Virus record (IMG/VR): IMGVR_UViG_3300021376_000037
Location: 12,998 to 76,997 of that record
Origin: a virus
Direction: 5' to 3' (one strand)
DNA: 64,000 bases
This document shows, in pieces, positions 25,636 through 35,668 of the stretch (positions are counted from its first letter, which is position 1; each line of letters begins with the position of its first letter). A model generated the notes under the pieces. That model saw nothing but the letters and a program-made list of their open reading frames with translations, did not search any database and was not told where the DNA came from. Position numbers and translations under genes: made by a program.

Positions 25636-25889
25636 TGCCAACCTATATTTATAAGTGTGATAAATGCGAAAATACCTTTAAAGCATTTCATGGTATGAGC
25701 GATACTCTTAATGAATGCCTTGATTGCCATGAAACCGGCACAGTTCATAAACTACCTACGCTTTTAACCTCTTTACCTGAACGTGACAAACAAAAAGAGG
25801 CGGCTGGGCAGAGGGTAAAAGAAGCCATAGAAGATAATAGGCAATTATTATTAGACAGTAAACAGGAATACTTAAATAGAAAGCTATAA
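25635..25889 (+). CDS. FmdB-type zinc-ribbon protein
   Basis: MPTYIYKC..C...F...C..C. Confidence 0.8.
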   Translation: MPTYIYKCDKCENTFKAFHGMSDTLNECLDCHETGTVHKLPTLLTSLPERDKQKEAAGQRVKEAIEDNRQLLLDSKQEYLNRKL

Positions 25890-25890
25890 T

Positions 25891-26268
25891 ATGACTACAC
25901 TATTTGCTTCATTATTAGCTGTTTCCTTTGTTATTAACTGTATTTTAATATGGTATGTTAGAAAATTAGTTCAAAACATGTCTTATGCTATTTACAACGT
26001 AGACGAAATGCAAAAAATGCTTAATGAATATGCCGTTCTATTACAGCCGTTAGCCACTATGGAAAATTATTATAATGATCCTGCACTAACTTCTGCTATA
26101 AACAATACGCTTCTCGTCGTTGATGCGTGTAAGGTTTTCAAAAAAACGATGATTGTGAGTGGCGATGAAGAAAATCAAGAACAAGAAACCAAAGAAAACA
26201 GTCAAACAGACGACAAAGAACAAAAAGCCCCATTCAGAGGCGCAACCATCGGCTCAGTTGGCAGCTAA
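25891..26268 (+). CDS. Membrane-anchored hypothetical protein
   Basis: N-terminal TM segment followed by a coiled coil. Confidence 0.65.
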   Translation: MTTLFASLLAVSFVINCILIWYVRKLVQNMSYAIYNVDEMQKMLNEYAVLLQPLATMENYYNDPALTSAINNTLLVVDACKVFKKTMIVSGDEENQEQETKENSQTDDKEQKAPFRGATIGSVGS

Positions 26269-27049
26269 ACGTCCTAAACGAGCTTATAAAAAGACCTTAC
26301 CAGCAACCCCGGTAAAGTCTGTTGTCATTTCTGCAAAACCCGTAGAAGCCAAAAATCAATATTTTACGAAGTTACATGAGGATGCTATTTTAGAATATGC
26401 ATCTATTCTAGACAACAATCGTAAAACAGAATTATATATATCTTTAATACAACCTGCATTTAATGAAATGGTTGAAAAGATAGTATATACATATAAATTC
26501 AACAACTTACCTAATATAGATGATTTAAAAAACGAATGTAAAACGTTTTTAACTACTATATTAGACAAATATGATACTTCCCGTGGTTCTAAGGCATTTT
26601 CTTACTTTTCAGTTATTACTAAAAATTGGTTTATACATAAAGTAAAAAAGAATAATAATAAAAAAGAAGTTTATATAGAAGATATTAAAGATTCTCCTCA
26701 AGAAGAAGAATTAGTATATGAAGATTCATATGTTCATAGTAGAGAAAAAGAGGAGTTTTGGGCTGCTTTAGAAGCAGAAATGCATGGTTGGTTTGATAAA
26801 CGTTTAAAAGAAAACGAATTAAGAGTATATAAAGCAATCCTTGTTCTTTTTAAAGAAAGTGAAAATATAGAAATTTTTAATAAGAAGGCTATTTATTTAT
26901 ACATGAGAGAAATTACAGGCTTAAATACTAAGCAGGTAGTTAATAACTTAAAGAAGTTTAGAAAAAAGTATGAAGATTTTAGAAATAAATGGCAAAATGG
27001 ACAAATTTCTCATATAAAAACAAGGATTTACAAAAATGAGTTCTTATAA
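26165..27049 (+). CDS. Phage late sigma factor (T4 gp55-like)
   Basis: Region-2-like DDLK.EC..F....LDKYD..RGSKAFSYFSVITKNWFI; basic N-terminal extension; lies directly before the structural module. Confidence 0.65.
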   Translation: MKKIKNKKPKKTVKQTTKNKKPHSEAQPSAQLAAKRPKRAYKKTLPATPVKSVVISAKPVEAKNQYFTKLHEDAILEYASILDNNRKTELYISLIQPAFNEMVEKIVYTYKFNNLPNIDDLKNECKTFLTTILDKYDTSRGSKAFSYFSVITKNWFIHKVKKNNNKKEVYIEDIKDSPQEEELVYEDSYVHSREKEEFWAALEAEMHGWFDKRLKENELRVYKAILVLFKESENIEIFNKKAIYLYMREITGLNTKQVVNNLKKFRKKYEDFRNKWQNGQISHIKTRIYKNEFL

Positions 27050-27335
27050 AACATTAGAAGAATACATCGATGAAGCGACTAAAAATATAGAAAATGATCG
27101 CGCCGTAACTAGTAAGCTTTTATTAGACTTAGTAGACCACATGAATAAACATTCCGAAGATAAGTATACTCATAAAAACTTTGGTGAAATCGCTGCCATG
27201 TATCTTGAAACTTTACAAAGATCTAATGAGCAATTAGTTAAAGTAGCCGCCATTATTCAACGTCAAGAAGGCGGAAAAGATGGTATGAGTAAGAAAGAGA
27301 AGGATGTGCTATTTGACTTAATACGCGAGGGATAG
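27036..27335 (+). CDS. Hypothetical helical protein
   Basis: 99 aa coupled ORF. Confidence 0.7.
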   Translation: MSSYKTLEEYIDEATKNIENDRAVTSKLLLDLVDHMNKHSEDKYTHKNFGEIAAMYLETLQRSNEQLVKVAAIIQRQEGGKDGMSKKEKDVLFDLIREG

Positions 27336-27338
27336 CAT

Positions 27339-28640
27339 ATGTCTAATCCAAAAGATAGAGATACGCCAGTTGTTGGACCTGACAAAAACGCTCGTTTAAG
27401 ACCCCGCGTAGATGACCAGTTAACAACTAAAAAAGCTGTTGATGATTGGACATCTATCAACGGTCCATTAAGACCAAATTCTGAAGAAGGAATTAATACA
27501 AGATTTGCAAAAGTAGTAGGAGTTGAAAAAGATCCTGCTAATTTTGATATGAATCATCATGCTGAAATGGTTGATGCTTTATCAGGACAACCTCCAATTA
27601 GATATAAGCTTTTACCACAGGGTGCAGCAGGGCAAATTTTTGTGCCACCTGAAGGTTTTGGTGGCAATACACCTGAAGATAAAATTGTAAATGAGTCACT
27701 TCCTGATTTTGGTTTAAATGATGCAAAAATTCCTGCTTTAAACGTAGGAGACACGGTTGCTGTAGATTATGCTAATAGTTCTACTAAACAGGGTGGTTTT
27801 ATAACTTCTAAAGTTTCTAAATATTCTGATGGTTCTGGAACATTGAGAGAAAAAAGAAAAAAAATTACTAGTCCAAGCACCAACTTTTCAGACAAAAAGC
27901 CTGTAACTAATGCAAAAGCTAAAGCTCAAGTTAAAAAACCTAATTCTAGTAAACCTCCTCCAACTCCAAAAACAGAATATAATCCCGTTTTTTTGAGTTT
28001 TAATATTTTACAGAAAATTTTTAATAAAACACCGGCAAATATACTTAAAGTTTATTCATCTTCTATCACTCAAAATTTAAAGACTTATAAGTATAATTCA
28101 ACAGTAAAAGATTATAATTTTAATACTTATGGAAGTACAGCATTAGTCTTAGCAGCCGTGAAAACAGTAACAGGAGACTTACAAGTTATTTACTCCCAAC
28201 GAGAAGCTGAAAACGTTAACTCGGTTGGTGCTTTATTTGGTTCTAATAAAAGATTTTATGGGAGAGGATTTATGTGGCCTTTTGTTAGAGGAGAAACGGA
28301 ATACAAAACTTTATCTAATAATTTAGGTATTGATTTAATACAAGATCAAAAAAACGATGGGTTCTTTAAAGGTGTTGGTAAAGTTTTACAGGCTCCGTGG
28401 GCTGCTGTACTTGGTCAAAAAACAGCAGCTGATTTTTTAGTTTCAACTCCCTTTTTAACAGTTGTTTCTGGATATGACTATTTATCAAGAAAAAATTTTA
28501 AAATTTATGGCGACACCTTTAATAGAGAGGCGGCTGCTTCTGTTTTAAAACTTCAAAAAAACGAATATAACTACTATATAAGTGAATGTAAAAGAATATA
28601 TGATATAATGGTAGAAAATGATAATATTTTAACATATTAA
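27339..28640 (+). CDS. Probable baseplate hub protein with an OB-like segment and a degenerate GH19 domain
   Basis: VGDTVAVDY segment; the C-terminal part aligns by eye to the 6956-7531 endolysin (FYGRG...Y..LS..LGIDL). Confidence 0.5.
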   Translation: MSNPKDRDTPVVGPDKNARLRPRVDDQLTTKKAVDDWTSINGPLRPNSEEGINTRFAKVVGVEKDPANFDMNHHAEMVDALSGQPPIRYKLLPQGAAGQIFVPPEGFGGNTPEDKIVNESLPDFGLNDAKIPALNVGDTVAVDYANSSTKQGGFITSKVSKYSDGSGTLREKRKKITSPSTNFSDKKPVTNAKAKAQVKKPNSSKPPPTPKTEYNPVFLSFNILQKIFNKTPANILKVYSSSITQNLKTYKYNSTVKDYNFNTYGSTALVLAAVKTVTGDLQVIYSQREAENVNSVGALFGSNKRFYGRGFMWPFVRGETEYKTLSNNLGIDLIQDQKNDGFFKGVGKVLQAPWAAVLGQKTAADFLVSTPFLTVVSGYDYLSRKNFKIYGDTFNREAAASVLKLQKNEYNYYISECKRIYDIMVENDNILTY

Positions 28641-28648
28641 GAATTTTT

Positions 28649-29566
28649 ATGGCACCTATAAGAAGAAATAAATTAAATCAAATTATTGATGATCTTTACG
28701 GCTTGTTCAAGAATGAAACTAGCCCTAATGCTGAAGAGGGCTTTGCTAGAAGTACAATGTATGAACCCAATAATATTCGTCATTTAAATACTACTGATGC
28801 CGATGAAACAATAGAAGGTCAGAATAATCAAGCTATTTGGTTTAGAAGAGATGGCTTTAATGATCATACAGATGGTTTGGGTGGTGCCGGTCATGCTAAA
28901 TGTGGCGCTATAGATATATGTGTTGGTTTTTCTTCCATTCTTGATCATGAGGATATTCCCGGTCCTGTTAATCCAAGTACCGGTGCTGACGCAGCCAGAG
29001 TGTATTTAAGTCAAAAATCTCTTGTTGATCAGTATTTCGGAATTAAATTACCAATGTTTGGTGAAAGCCCACCTCGTTCCGCAGTGGCAATAAAAGCAGA
29101 TGATGTTCGTTTGATAGCTAGAAATAGCTTTAAAATTGTAACCAACACAGACAACGTATTATCTATAAATGCACCTAGTATGAACGGTACTGGTGTTCAA
29201 CTTATAGCTAATAATGAAAGCCCAGACGTTTTACAACCTATGATAAAAGGTCAAAACCTAATAGAAGGGTTAACAGAGTTATCTGAGAAAATAGACGCTA
29301 TAAATAGCACTCTTCTAAGTTTTATACAGGCACAAAAAAGTCTTAATGAAGAATTACGTACACACGTTCATCAAGTACCTTTTTACGATGATGCAGTAAC
29401 CTTTTATTCTACTAGTGTTTTTCAACTGGGTTTAAACGTAAACACATTTCTTGATTCTTTACAAGAAAAAAATAAAATGGAATCTATTAATTTAGGTTCT
29501 TGGAGAAATAAGTTTTTGGATCATGGCGAAAAGCATATAGCTAGTTCTTATCATTTATTAAATTAA
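28649..29566 (+). CDS. Probable baseplate central spike (gp5 C-terminus/gpV-like)
   Basis: Beta-strand repeats (AVAIKADDVRLIAR..FKIV), P..KG..L helix, THVH metal-binding tip motif; position before the wedge genes. Confidence 0.55.
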   Translation: MAPIRRNKLNQIIDDLYGLFKNETSPNAEEGFARSTMYEPNNIRHLNTTDADETIEGQNNQAIWFRRDGFNDHTDGLGGAGHAKCGAIDICVGFSSILDHEDIPGPVNPSTGADAARVYLSQKSLVDQYFGIKLPMFGESPPRSAVAIKADDVRLIARNSFKIVTNTDNVLSINAPSMNGTGVQLIANNESPDVLQPMIKGQNLIEGLTELSEKIDAINSTLLSFIQAQKSLNEELRTHVHQVPFYDDAVTFYSTSVFQLGLNVNTFLDSLQEKNKMESINLGSWRNKFLDHGEKHIASSYHLLN

Positions 29567-29567
29567 T

Positions 29568-32500
29568 ATGTTTAATGTAAATTCTAAAAAGTATCCTGTT
29601 TATAAAGATTTTAATACTCATACTTTATCCAGTAATTCAGGCGATGTATTAAAACATTTTTTCGCTATTCAAGAATTGCCGCCTTCAACTCCTATTCCTG
29701 TTAACTATGAGCTTTTGGACGATAATACTCCTATTATATTGTTAGAAGAAAAAATAGGCTATAAGGGTTTATGGAATAGGATAAAAGTAAAAGATGGCGA
29801 TAACTATAAAATTGGTTACGTTAAAAGCGTTTTAAAGCCAATTAGTGGGTCTTTACCTTTTCATCCTGTTAATTTAGCTATTGAAAATTTGCCAAATTAT
29901 TCAGCTGCACAAATTGATTGGATTAATCAACCTCCCGGTGTCGTATACGACGATGTACATAACGCATGTTATGCTGTGCATTATGAATTAGAAGATGTAA
30001 CAAGTGTAGAAGATAGAAACACTTTTAATAATAGTTTAAGAAGAGCTTATTTAGAGGGTTCAAAATTAATTTTAGAAGAAAAAGGATTCTCTTCTAATGA
30101 AATAGATAATTTACTAAATAATTATTACATTTTTTCTAGAGCAGAAGAATGGTATATAAATCCTAGACCGTGCTCCACATTAAGAGTTTTAGTGGCTATT
30201 CCAAAAAAATATGTCAATTATTATTTGAATAGAAACGTTATTAATAAAATTTCTAATTTCAAACCAAAAAGTCCTACTAAAAAATACAAAACTAAAACAT
30301 TTAATAATTATTTTGAATATAAAGAATTTTTTGATAGTTTGACAACAACTCTTAAACATTATAATACGGGCTTAGTGGGAAGAACATGGGAATTAGACCC
30401 AGATTACATGACCTTTAATCTAGCAGTAGAGGCTGAAAATGTAATGAAACTAGAAGAAAAAATAATTCTTTTTCTAAAGCAAAATATTCCTTCTGCCTTC
30501 GTAAATACTCAGCGTGATTTATTATTTACTTCTAAAGAAATATGGCTAGGAAGTTTAGAATTAGTTTTTGATGAACTATGCATTACAGAAATAAAATTTA
30601 AAACATTCAACAATAATAAATTAAATAGTTTATATGAAATAGTTAAAAATAGATCATATGAAGATTTGAAAAATAACTATATAAATGATTTGCCTGATAC
30701 AGATGCAGTGTTCAATACTGGTGTTACGTCTTTTTTAAAAGACGCAGCTGTTTTAGATAAAACTAATGTCTATTATTTGCTTAATTTTAATCCTTCTGAC
30801 GATTCCGTAGCTATTATTGACAATTTATTAGATGTTAACTATGAAAAAAAGATAGAGACTTTTTTGGTGGAAAAGCATTATCCAAGCATTTTTAAATTTG
30901 AATTTAAACCATTAAATTTAATTCAATGTTCTGTAGATAACGCTATGCGTTTAAATAATTTAGCTCAATATAAGTTACCTAGTGAAATAGAAAAATTTAA
31001 AAGAGTTCGCCAAAGAGCAGTTGATAATCAAATAAAAAATGAAGGTGATCCGTTCTCAAGCGCTTTTGTTGATTTAAACACGGTAGTTGATCCTAATATG
31101 AGAGTTTTATTAGGATTAGATTTACCGCGTGGTAAAACGGCTAAAGAAAAATTAATGAATTATATCATTGTAGCCAAGCGTATAGATTGGGGAAAATTTT
31201 TAGCTATCTCTTCAGCGTGCATGGCTAAATATCTATCTCCTGAAGAATATAGACAATTATTAGATAGTTATCAAAACGCTAAAAAATATCTTGATACTTT
31301 AGCAGCAAATAGTATTTGTAATCCATATTTAACTAATGCTTTAAAGACAATAAATATGGTTGGAATACCAGAATTTCCTGTAATAAGTCAAAATGCTTCT
31401 TTAGTTAAACAAATAGAAAATGCAATTATTCAGATGGTGATGGATTTATTACAGCAAACGATTAAATCTGCTTTAATTAATGCTGCAAAAGCGTGCTTAT
31501 CTGATCCAAACGCTGACTATACAGATAATAGTCCTCAATCGGCTGATGAAGTAGGTGATTTTTTAAATAATAATTCTAATAACAATGTTAACAATTTATT
31601 AAATGATTTAGGTGATTCTTCTTTATCGCCTGATAAAGTAAAAAACGATTTAATAAGTCTAATTGATGATCTTTCATCTTGCTTGACTCCAAAAGAGATG
31701 TGCAAATTATTTAGTAACACTACCCTAAATGACGATGTTATGCAGATAATCATAACACTAGTCAAGAGAAAATATCCTGAATATTCAAATAAACTAAACG
31801 ATAAAAAATCTATTTCTAACTTATTCCTTACTCTTGGAAATAATATAGATTTAACTATCTGTAGGGATTTAATAAATTCTGACACTCCTTCCTCTGCTGA
31901 TTCTACAAGCGTAATTTGTGACGGAGAAAAAATAAATAACATAAGAGAGGCTTTATTAAAAGATAAAGGCTTGGATCAAGAATTAATAGATGATCTGCTT
32001 AATCAAATAAAACAAAAAGAAAAGAAAAATTTAGAAGACGTTTTTAAATTGCTAAGTTCTGATAAACCTTTTGATATTTCTTTAGCTCCTAATGTTTTGT
32101 GCAATATGTTACCTGATGAAGCGCTCGGAACTTTTGATCAAGACCAGAAAAACAGTATAGACTCTATTTTTAACTCGATGTATAGCATATTTGATGAAGA
32201 AGCGTTAGAGTGGCACAAGATAACTTATTCAACAAAAAAGCAAAATAAAACAATAATTGAATGGGACTCTAACAATCAAACATTCAAAATTCCGCCTCCA
32301 GATTCTAATGCGTTCAAGCAACAAGGTGATGAAATAAAAAAACTTAATGATCCCGACAAAAGTAAGGATATTAATATTGCTTTACTCGATAGTTCTGTAA
32401 ACGATAAAAAAATACCTTTTTATTTATTTAAATATGGTTTACGTAATTCTTCTTATGAGGTTTATGATGATAAAAATAATTTCTATTTATACAATAAAAT

Positions 32501-35228
32501 AGATGGCGATCTGGAGCAGAGACTAAATTATGAGTTTAAATTTACTGGTGGCGATGATTTAAACAACTTAAGACAAAACGTATTAAATTTAAATTCTAAC
32601 TCAACAAACCAAACAGAAGGAATTATTCCTATTATTCATGAAACTTTTAAATATGTAGATGATTATTTGCGCGATAATAATATTACATTACAACAATTTT
32701 ATGAAATTAAAGGAAATATTATCGATAAAGTATTATTACTATTTGATGGTTATATAAATGACAATACATATGATTTTTATGAAAATAGAAAAAAATATCC
32801 TACATTATATAAATATTTAAATATTTCTAGGTCTAATATTGCTAATTCTTTCTTTTTTAATTTTGAAGGTATATCTACACTTTCTGCTATAAGTGAATTA
32901 TTGGATTCAAACGATACTTTGAAAGATTTTTTCTTTTTCTCTGTTGGTGGCAAGAGAACTTTATTTGTTAATTCTTTCTTTACAGCAGAAAAATACTATA
33001 ATACAATTTATTCCAATCTAGCCACTTATAACGTTTATGAAACACAATATTTAAATTCTTTACAAGAAAATTTAATTTTAAAGAAAAATAATAAAAATTT
33101 TATTAATATAAAAAACACTGAACCTATAGATCAAAATATACAAAATTATATTTTTAATGATTTAAATCTGTCACTTAGCAATTTAAATAAACAGGATGTT
33201 TTTGTTAAGTTTATAAATAACAAAAAAAGTGTTTATCCTGTTTCCGGCGAACAAATAGATACTTCTTCTAGCCCCGACTTAAAACAGACATTTAAGTATT
33301 TTAATGATTCAATTATTGAAAATTTATTGTCGGTAGAAAACAAATTTTGTTATTTAAAAGAACAATCTAAGTTAAATACTTCTTCTCCTGATTCTCAAAC
33401 TATCTTTTTGTCTGATGAAGGCTATGGTCGTCCTTATACTAAGTTATTAAAATTAGTAATTAATCAAACAATGGATGAAAAAAGCTGTGATATTAAGCCA
33501 AATTATTTAGACATAGATCTAATCAAAAAAGACGCTTTAAGTAATAAAAATAATTGTTCTTTTTTTGAAGTGCCTAAGTACGAAGAGGTATCAAGCGCAC
33601 CAGAAGCAGTTTTAAATTATAATTTTAATTATATTTTGAAGCCGGATGAAATATATGATATACCGCAAAATAGTAAGCAAAAAAATATATTAAATTCATT
33701 ATATACTTTATTTATTAGAACATATGTTCATGAGGCAATTTTAAAAGCTGCTTCGCTTTTTAGCTTTTATGATCCACAAAGTTTTAAAAATAATAATTTC
33801 TTTTATCAATTATTAACTGATTTGGTAGAAAACGAAATGCGTTTTAATGATAATAAAACTTTTGAATTAATGATGAATTTTTACGGTAAAAATAATACGC
33901 TAGAACAAAGAAGAGGAATTTTAAAACAAAAAATTGTTTTTGAATTAAATAATTATGTTTTACCAAAAATTACAAAAAGAGTCGATCAAGATACAAATAA
34001 CGCAATCATGTCTGAGCCAAATGAAGTGCCAATATCTTTAGTTGACTTTGAAGAAAACATAAAAAATAATAAATGTATTGAATTAGATTCAAATTGTGTT
34101 TATTTAATATATTATTCAAATAATATAAAAACAAAACAAAAAATTTATCAAACTTCGGACAGTAACGTATGGAATAGTTTTAAAAATTCAAATGAATATA
34201 AATTATTATTTAACTTTTTAATTCCTCATAAGCATATATTAGCATATTTCTTTGCTCTTTCTTATGTCAGCATTAACGCCAATAAAAACAATACTAAACC
34301 TTTTATTAACACAAAAAGAGCACTTTCTAGAACAGTAAAAAATATAGTAACAAAAGGTTTTAGAATCGCGTCAGATCCACTAGACGCTCAAGATACTGTT
34401 CTTAGTGATGCTAATTTAGATTTAATTAAGTTTATTTTAAAAAGTATGATAACCACACCAATTAAAATTTTAAAAGGCGTGGCAGAAACTACAGAGCCAA
34501 ATTTATCATTAGTATCAAAACTTTACTTAGGTGCTAAAACGCTTAATCCTGATTTATCTTCGGTTTTCATTCCTGCGGTTTCTATACCTTTGGGCTTACC
34601 TACGCCCGTCAGTCCTCCAATACTTCCTTTTGTTAATCTACCTTTAGCTTTAGCGTATTTTGGAAGTTTAGCTTGGTTTTCTGATGATATAAGTTTTAAT
34701 CTTGATTCCTCTAAAGAAGCCGCAAATAATGCATTAAATAAAAATGTAAATGGAATTAATTGTGAACAAAAAATTTTATCCAATAGAGATAGTACATATT
34801 TCAAATCGTATACTACAAAAAATAATTCAGTATATTCTAATTATAAAATAAATAATATTTTAAATGAAACTTTACTACAGTATGTAAACAGAAAATATAC
34901 TTCTTTAGATAAAATGTTTAGCAAGGAAGCTTATTCAGCGGATAAAAAACCTCCTAACGCCATTTGGTCCGACTCTCCGTATAGTATTGAATTTAAGAAA
35001 ATTGAATCCTTAATCGATGTTTATAGTAATACGGGTATAGGGCTTTTATGGCTAGATCTTGATATGCCTTATCCGGTAGACGGTCCAGAAGGATTCAAGA
35101 GTTTTGTAGAATTAGCTTTTAATAATTCTGGTGAAACTGATTTTAATAAATGGGTTCTTAAAGAAGACGTGTTTGGGTTATCCCCAGCAGTTAAAGTAGA
35201 TTTCTCAATACTAGCCGCAAATAAATAA
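29568..35228 (+). CDS. Large (1886 aa) hypothetical virion protein
   Basis: Long ORF in the baseplate module; SH3b-like W..IKV....KIGYVKS near the N-terminus; Pro-rich hydrophobic segment near the C-terminus. Confidence 0.75.
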   Translation: MFNVNSKKYPVYKDFNTHTLSSNSGDVLKHFFAIQELPPSTPIPVNYELLDDNTPIILLEEKIGYKGLWNRIKVKDGDNYKIGYVKSVLKPISGSLPFHPVNLAIENLPNYSAAQIDWINQPPGVVYDDVHNACYAVHYELEDVTSVEDRNTFNNSLRRAYLEGSKLILEEKGFSSNEIDNLLNNYYIFSRAEEWYINPRPCSTLRVLVAIPKKYVNYYLNRNVINKISNFKPKSPTKKYKTKTFNNYFEYKEFFDSLTTTLKHYNTGLVGRTWELDPDYMTFNLAVEAENVMKLEEKIILFLKQNIPSAFVNTQRDLLFTSKEIWLGSLELVFDELCITEIKFKTFNNNKLNSLYEIVKNRSYEDLKNNYINDLPDTDAVFNTGVTSFLKDAAVLDKTNVYYLLNFNPSDDSVAIIDNLLDVNYEKKIETFLVEKHYPSIFKFEFKPLNLIQCSVDNAMRLNNLAQYKLPSEIEKFKRVRQRAVDNQIKNEGDPFSSAFVDLNTVVDPNMRVLLGLDLPRGKTAKEKLMNYIIVAKRIDWGKFLAISSACMAKYLSPEEYRQLLDSYQNAKKYLDTLAANSICNPYLTNALKTINMVGIPEFPVISQNASLVKQIENAIIQMVMDLLQQTIKSALINAAKACLSDPNADYTDNSPQSADEVGDFLNNNSNNNVNNLLNDLGDSSLSPDKVKNDLISLIDDLSSCLTPKEMCKLFSNTTLNDDVMQIIITLVKRKYPEYSNKLNDKKSISNLFLTLGNNIDLTICRDLINSDTPSSADSTSVICDGEKINNIREALLKDKGLDQELIDDLLNQIKQKEKKNLEDVFKLLSSDKPFDISLAPNVLCNMLPDEALGTFDQDQKNSIDSIFNSMYSIFDEEALEWHKITYSTKKQNKTIIEWDSNNQTFKIPPPDSNAFKQQGDEIKKLNDPDKSKDINIALLDSSVNDKKIPFYLFKYGLRNSSYEVYDDKNNFYLYNKIDGDLEQRLNYEFKFTGGDDLNNLRQNVLNLNSNSTNQTEGIIPIIHETFKYVDDYLRDNNITLQQFYEIKGNIIDKVLLLFDGYINDNTYDFYENRKKYPTLYKYLNISRSNIANSFFFNFEGISTLSAISELLDSNDTLKDFFFFSVGGKRTLFVNSFFTAEKYYNTIYSNLATYNVYETQYLNSLQENLILKKNNKNFINIKNTEPIDQNIQNYIFNDLNLSLSNLNKQDVFVKFINNKKSVYPVSGEQIDTSSSPDLKQTFKYFNDSIIENLLSVENKFCYLKEQSKLNTSSPDSQTIFLSDEGYGRPYTKLLKLVINQTMDEKSCDIKPNYLDIDLIKKDALSNKNNCSFFEVPKYEEVSSAPEAVLNYNFNYILKPDEIYDIPQNSKQKNILNSLYTLFIRTYVHEAILKAASLFSFYDPQSFKNNNFFYQLLTDLVENEMRFNDNKTFELMMNFYGKNNTLEQRRGILKQKIVFELNNYVLPKITKRVDQDTNNAIMSEPNEVPISLVDFEENIKNNKCIELDSNCVYLIYYSNNIKTKQKIYQTSDSNVWNSFKNSNEYKLLFNFLIPHKHILAYFFALSYVSINANKNNTKPFINTKRALSRTVKNIVTKGFRIASDPLDAQDTVLSDANLDLIKFILKSMITTPIKILKGVAETTEPNLSLVSKLYLGAKTLNPDLSSVFIPAVSIPLGLPTPVSPPILPFVNLPLALAYFGSLAWFSDDISFNLDSSKEAANNALNKNVNGINCEQKILSNRDSTYFKSYTTKNNSVYSNYKINNILNETLLQYVNRKYTSLDKMFSKEAYSADKKPPNAIWSDSPYSIEFKKIESLIDVYSNTGIGLLWLDLDMPYPVDGPEGFKSFVELAFNNSGETDFNKWVLKEDVFGLSPAVKVDFSILAANK

Positions 35229-35254
35229 ATATTTAATAATAGGAAATAAAAAAT

Positions 35255-35629
35255 ATGCAAGGATATTCACCTAAACTTCCGTTACTAAAAGATTCTATAG
35301 ACGGTTGCTATGGACTAAATAAAACAATTGTTGATACTATAAAACAAAACTTTAAAATGCTTATTCTTACTAATCCGGGTGAGAGGGTTATGATACCTGA
35401 TTTTGGTGTTGGAATTAGAAGATTTCTGTTTGACCAAGATACCGATGCGGTTAGAGCTAGCATTACAACAAGAATTAGACAACAGGTAAGTCAATATATG
35501 AGTTTTTTAACTATAGACGATATAGCTATATCAAAACCAGAATCAAACGATGAAAATACGGTTTTTATACAAATAAAATATTCAATAACCAATTTAAATG
35601 TAAAAGATATACTAAATATTGAAGTATAA
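35255..35629 (+). CDS. Baseplate wedge protein, gp25/GPW-like
   Basis: ILTNPGERVMIPDFGVGIRRFLFD. Confidence 0.9.
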   Translation: MQGYSPKLPLLKDSIDGCYGLNKTIVDTIKQNFKMLILTNPGERVMIPDFGVGIRRFLFDQDTDAVRASITTRIRQQVSQYMSFLTIDDIAISKPESNDENTVFIQIKYSITNLNVKDILNIEV

Positions 35630-35668
35630 CTTGTATAACATGCTATTTATATACTGAGGAAAGCATAA

